Source: Macrostomum lignano
Lineage: Eukaryota
DNA: 64,000 nucleotides
Assembly: GCA_002269645.1 (NCBI GenBank)
Contig: NIVC01003829.1
Location: forward strand, 10,853 to 74,852
Direction of reading: 5' to 3'
The notes beneath the pieces are model-generated. The model made no database searches and was not told the DNA's origin. It was given only the letters and a program-made list of their open reading frames with translations. Shown piece by piece: positions 58,895 to 64,000 of the stretch. Position numbers and translations under genes: made by a program. Each line of letters starts with the position of its first letter. Position 1 is the stretch's first letter.

Positions 58895-61539
58895 TCAGAG
58901 CGTGGTCACTTCCGGTTTGGAAGGCTGGTAGCCAGGCCTAACCCTGGGTGGGAATCCCCTGTTTCTTTCCCGACGCCTCATGGCATCCCAGAGGACATTG
59001 AGGACTGGGGTTCGGCCCGGAGCCCGAGGGGCTTCCGGCTCAATGTGGAAGCTGTGGAGCTTGGCTGCCCTCATCTTGAGCAGCCAAGCCACCCCCAGCT
59101 GCTTGACCCTGTCTGCGAGCATCGGCATACCTGCCAGCTTGTGCAGGTATTCAATGCTGATGTAGGATGGCACACCATAGCAGATACGGAGAGCCAGGTT
59201 TTGAATTTTCTGCAATTTGATTTGGTTAGTCGCACAGATTTGGCTCAGGATTGGCGCTCCGTAGGTGAGAGCGCTTTCTCCGTATGCCCTGTACAGCATT
59301 CTGAGGGTGGTGCTACTCAGCTTAGTCATTTTTGCAATTCTGCACAGTGACATTACAATGGCTCTGCTGGTATCTGCCATGTTGTCCACATGTTTGTTCA
59401 GGCAGAGGCTCTGGTCAAGGAGGACACCCAGGAATTTCACCTCCTGACAGTACGGAACCTCAGTGTCCCCCAGATACAGTTTGGGTCGCAAGTCCATGCG
59501 CCTAGTGGGTTTGTAGTTGAAAGCGATTGCTTTGCTTTTACCGGCATTCAGTCTAATGCCTTGTTTACCGCACCAGTCAAAGACTCGTCTGAGGTAGCTT
59601 TGAAGGGATGTTCGGAGCCCCGCAAAGGTGTCTGCTGAGGCCCAGACGGCCATGTCGTCTGCGAATTGACTGCGTTTGACGCTTGAGATGGTGGGAGTCG
59701 GCATTGAGCTGACGAAGAGGAGGTACAGGAGAGGGCTCAGAATGCCTCCCTGAGGGACGCCAGCCTGGATGGTGTGGGGATCGCTTAGGGCCCCCTCGAT
59801 TCGAACCTGGATCTGTCTGTCTCGCAGGTAGTCAGACAGGATTCGCATGAGCATAGGTGGAAAACCATCGGTGAGCATGCTATGCCTGATCTTGTCGTGC
59901 CAGGTGGAGTCAAAAGCTGCCTCTGCATCCAGGAAGACTGCAGCGGACTTTTTAGCTTTGCACTTTGCTACCATGACATCTTGTGCCAGACGGCACAGGT
60001 TGTCATACGTGGAGTGAATTTTGCGGTAGGCGCATTGGTCATCTCCTAGGGTCTTATTATCCTCAAGGTGCTTGGTGAGTCTTTTTGCTATAAGCTTCTC
60101 AAACACTTTGCCCAGACATGAGGTCAGGCTGATTGGTCTGTAGGAGTTGGGGTGTTCGGGCGGTTTGTCCGGCTTGGGGATCATTGTCACCACAGCTTTC
60201 TTCCAGGCGCTGGGGAAAATCCCTCGACCGTAGCAGGCGTTGAAGAGGTTAGTGAGTCTCGTGATTGCCACCCCTCTAAGCCCAGCTTGAGGACGCAGTT
60301 GGGAATCTTGTCCAGCCCGGGTGCTCCATCAGGCCTGAGGTGCTCCAGTTCCCACACTGTGTCTGCCACAGAGAATGCAGCATCAAGTGGGTGGGTCTCG
60401 ATGGGTTCGATTCCCTCAGGAACGGGGTAGAATGAGGTGAGCTGTGCCACCTCGGCCACCTCACGTTTGAGCTGTTCGCATGTGGAAGGGACTGGGCGCA
60501 TCTTTGAGTCCAGAGTCTCGGCTAGAAGGTTAGCCTTCTCCAGATCTGTGTGCGCAGTTGTTTGACCCAGGGTGAGGCTGGGGATGGAGGTTGGCTTAAA
60601 TTTGCCCATCAGCTTTTTAGTGTCTAGTAGCTCTTTGATCAGGTCGAGGATGTACTTGGGTAGGGCGTTTTTGGCACCACAGTCTGGTACTGTGGAGTCA
60701 ATCACGGTGTGAATGGCCTTTGTGATGTGATCCACTTCGGCATTGATTTGGTCAGCATTTGATAATTTAATATTCTGATCTGAGCTCAAAGCTTCACTGA
60801 TTTTGAGTCTGAACTCGTCCCAGTTTGTTTTTGAGAAGTTTTTGGGTCTGGGGGACCAGCCCATTTCTTCGACTGAATATTGAGCGTGAGGATTATAGGT
60901 AAGTGGTCACTGCCCAGGTCAGGACCCACCTCAAAGTCCTGCACAAATGGAGAAAGTCCTCAGTGGCCAGGGCGAGGTCCAAGACATTCCTAGAAATCAG
61001 CCCGTTTTTGGTGGCCAGTCTGGTGAACTGACCGGCTTGATTGAGAATGGTGGGCGAGGTGGGGCCCTCAGACAGCCAGTCGTGCAGCTGGTAGCCAGCC
61101 ATGTTGTTGCTGCTGTCACCCCGAGGAAGCGGTGTCTGGCATTGAGGTCACCCATGAGCACACTGCGCCTACGAGAGAGAAGATTTTTGAGTAGGTTCAG
61201 GTTCAGATGGTACGGTGCTGGAGACCTGTACACCAGAGCGAGATTGAAGTCAGGACCAGAGTTGTCAGACAAGCTCACGGTGCAAGAGATGGCTTCATGG
61301 TTGACATTGTCATACTGCAAGCGCACATTTGTGAGTTTGACGCGAGGAGAGTGGGCAAGGAGAAGCCCGCGTTTGACTTGCGGGGTATCATACCGAATGA
61401 TGGAGTACCCGGGAATCTGGACAGTGTGACAACTTTTGAGAATGGTCTCAGAAAAGAGGGCAATGTCTAGCTCCTGACTGACGACCCACTGTGTCAGCTC
61501 TCTGATTTTCGGGTTGAATCCCCTGCAGTTTAAATGCAT
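58895..61539 (-). pseudogene. Copy C ORF2 (APE-RT), frameshifted and internally deleted
   Basis: Track ORFs 60997-61539, 60893-61102, 60187-60864 and 58895-60271 match copy A ORF2. The segment RRRLRR...KNFWH is absent. Confidence 0.9.
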
Positions 61540-61625
61540 AATCTTCAGGGCTGTGGTTTGATTGTTTGAGTCTACAGTTAACGCACTGAAGTTTCAATTC
61601 AAGTCTTGAGTTTAGCTGCCTGAGA

Positions 61626-62535
61626 CTAGGACTCAGTGGTCATGCCAGCCATGCCGGCACTTCCTGGAGTGCAGCCCGCACAATGTCCTCAACCATTTTA
61701 CTGGTTGATTCCACAGTGAGGACCTCCCAGGCGGTCGGGACAGGGCCTGCACAACCACTTGAGTCAGAGAGCGGGTGATCAGGGCAACAGCATGCTCACC
61801 ACCGACATAAAGTCACTAAGCTGCAGCTGCACGATGTAGGTGTACGACGGCCGATCCAGTAGACACGGCGCTGCTCACTCGGACGATGCTGAAAGGCCAG
61901 AGGCAGCAGGTCGGTGATCAGGCGCTCGTAGACTTGGTCCGCGACCTCGCTCAGGAACTTGGGCGCATAGATGATGGTGCTGTCGCTAGCGTAGATCGTC
62001 TGCTGACAGTCAGTCAAGTCAGGCTCATCAGGGAAGATGATTTGACTGATGTCAGCGTCCAGTTGCTCGGCAGGGGGCTTTGGCAGCGTCGAGGCCTGGT
62101 CTGCAGCCGATTGCTGGCGCTCCTCAGACGTCGGCGCTGCCGCTGCCGCACTGAGCTCGCTGGACTCGGCAGTTGGTGGCTCGTGGTTGCTGCGGCCTCG
62201 TTGGATGGCAGGGCGCTTGTCTGGCCTGGCTCGTCGCAGTCGAGAGACATGCGCTGCTCTGCCTCTGCGCCTGCAGCCTCCGGCAGCTGCTCATTCTCTC
62301 GCAGGATCTCCTCTGCGTTGCGCAAGAGCTCGCCGGCCGGTGGGCTGATCGAGTGGCGGCCTTCCAGACTGCGTCGAGCTCGCATCAGGCCTGCTGGCGG
62401 CGGGCTCGCAGTCGATGGCTCAGCTGTCGGCGTCAGTCCAAGAAGCTGGCGACCGTAGGCTTCGTTCGGACGATACCGGTGCTCGAGAGAGGGCCGGCAG
62501 TCCATCTTTTTAGCGCTGGCGCGATTTGCAGCCAT
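61626..62535 (-). pseudogene. Copy C ORF1 remnant (N-terminus and AlkB N-part joined to the C-terminal tail)
   Basis: MAANRASAKK...TIYASDS...RRVYWIG, then a jump to QLQLSDFMSV...MTTES. Confidence 0.88.
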
Positions 62536-63113
62536 ATGGCGTGATTATTTGGGTACACTCAAACTAAACCTAAACTACAACTAACTAATGAGTCAGGAGG
62601 CACACAATTACACAAAGTGCGCTCGCTGAGAGGGGTGGGGCGACTGCAAGATAAGACTAGGGGTGGGGTAGAGATAAAAACAAATGTACAGTGGAATGGA
62701 AGGCTAACTAAAGTACTTTCAAGAGCTAAGCTAGGCTAGTCTAAACTATTCAACTTCCAATAAGCCTTTCTAGGAAAGGCCTGCAAAAACTAGAGAATTC
62801 TCCTTAGAGTATCCCTCCACGGAAATCTTTAGTAAAAGGCGAAAGATTTAATCGTGGAATGAAGAGAAACCAGAGTTGAAGTTAAACAAGAGTGGGTAGC
62901 TTTTCTTATGTAGAAAATTCTGTAACCGCTTTAATTAAACATTCGTTTTCATAAAGCATTCGTTCCTGGCATGCCAATCTCTCTACTGACATAAGTGGAA
63001 CTATTTGCGCATGAAAGCTAGTTTTTGTCTAGGCCTACGCAAACTGTTTTTTTCTATGCTGTAGAGAGTGGGAAGGATAGGCAGTAAAATTTCGGTAATT
63101 TTTTTAAACTTCA

Positions 63114-63960
63114 TAGTAAGTCTTTTCTGAAGTAGCCACTGGTTAGCGAGGGTGATGACCTCTCTTTGGACTCGAAGCGGTGCCCACGGAGTGGCCGCTT
63201 GAGCTGACGGAATAGATGAAAATCGGAGGGTGCCAGGTCTGGTGAATAGGCCGGATGTGGGAGGATTTCGAACCCCGCAGTGGTGGCAGCATTCACCGCA
63301 ACCTGGGCAGTGTGAGCTGAGGCATTGTCGTGAAGCAGCAAGGGGGCCAGCACTCAGCTTCCCCGCTTCTTCTGGACCACTGCCTGACGAAACCGGCCAG
63401 CTGTTCGGAGGACCAGACACTGTGACAGTGTGCCTAACAGACAGTGACAGTGAGCAGATCCCCTGACAGTCCCAGAAAAACAGCCCTGGAATCTCGCTCA
63501 GACACGGGGTCCATAGTGGCAGATCCAGCACTCATCCCCAGTAATGATTCATCGCTCAAATCCATCCAGGTTCTCATTGTAGGGGTCAGGCAGTAGTCCG
63601 ACGAGAAAGCATTCGGGCGCTACTGCCTCAACTTTTATGGCTCACCCTCACGCTTGAATTCGTTGTAAAGTCGCTCGATGGTGCCAGAGAGGGACAAGTT
63701 GTGGGGTACAGACTTTATCTCTCTCTCAATTGCAAAATTTAATATGAGGGCTCGGTATTTCTGCTTGTGTGTGCATTTTGCGAAAAATTCAGGGGGTGCT
63801 TAAAGTTCGTGCAGAAAAGATACAGTTAAAAAGACATGAAAAGAAAACACTGCACCCTATAAATTCTATATAAAAGTACTTTAAAAAGCCGAAAAAAATT
63901 ATGAAAAAAAGCTTTTGAAATGGCTGAACGGCAAAACTATAGATTTGAAGCACCCTCGTA
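63114..63960 (-). mobile_element. Degenerate mariner (DD34D) DNA transposon remnant
   Basis: IITGDE(C)W at about 63525-63550. LLHDNA...YSPDLAPSDF has exactly 34 residues between the second and third Asp. A candidate 5' TIR TA|CGAGGGTGCTTCAAA ends at 63960; no matching left TIR was found. Confidence 0.85.
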
Positions 63961-64000
63961 TTTGACAGTTGACAAGACGGACTGAATATGGGCGCCCCCC

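Larger units (their letters stand above)
58325..62830 (-). mobile_element. Copy C: head-to-tail AlkB-LINE unit with two internal deletions (about 4.5 kb)
   Basis: Same flanks as copy B. Deletion of about 180 bp in ORF2 at about 60625 and of about 1.8 kb in ORF1 at about 61833, which removes gag and the catalytic half of AlkB. Confidence 0.92.

Overview
Eukaryotic, probably invertebrate, repeat-rich genomic DNA. The organism cannot be determined from the sequence. The only convincing host gene is a 4-exon core-2/I-branching beta-1,6-GlcNAc transferase (GT14, GCNT-like; 5414-8231, +). About 21 kb is a 30-bp satellite (10510-18243 and 23629-37150), interrupted by a full-length 5.4-kb LOA/R1-group-like non-LTR retrotransposon (ORF1; APE-RT-RNaseH-CCHC). 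The right third holds four related units of a second, Jockey-like non-LTR element. Its ORF1 fuses an AlkB-family 2OG-Fe(II) dioxygenase domain, with all canonical catalytic motifs present, to a gag-like triple CCHC zinc-knuckle protein, and is followed by an APE-RT ORF2. This AlkB-gag LINE is the most interesting system here. Its units are delimited by a 16-bp direct repeat, ORF2 is bracketed by a 12-bp inverted repeat, and two copies break at the N-terminal edge of the AlkB domain. Also present are several minisatellites, DINE/HINE-like repeats, two tRNA-like heads and a DD34D mariner remnant. Many frameshifts fall in homopolymer runs and may be long-read assembly errors. All comparisons were made by eye, without database searches.
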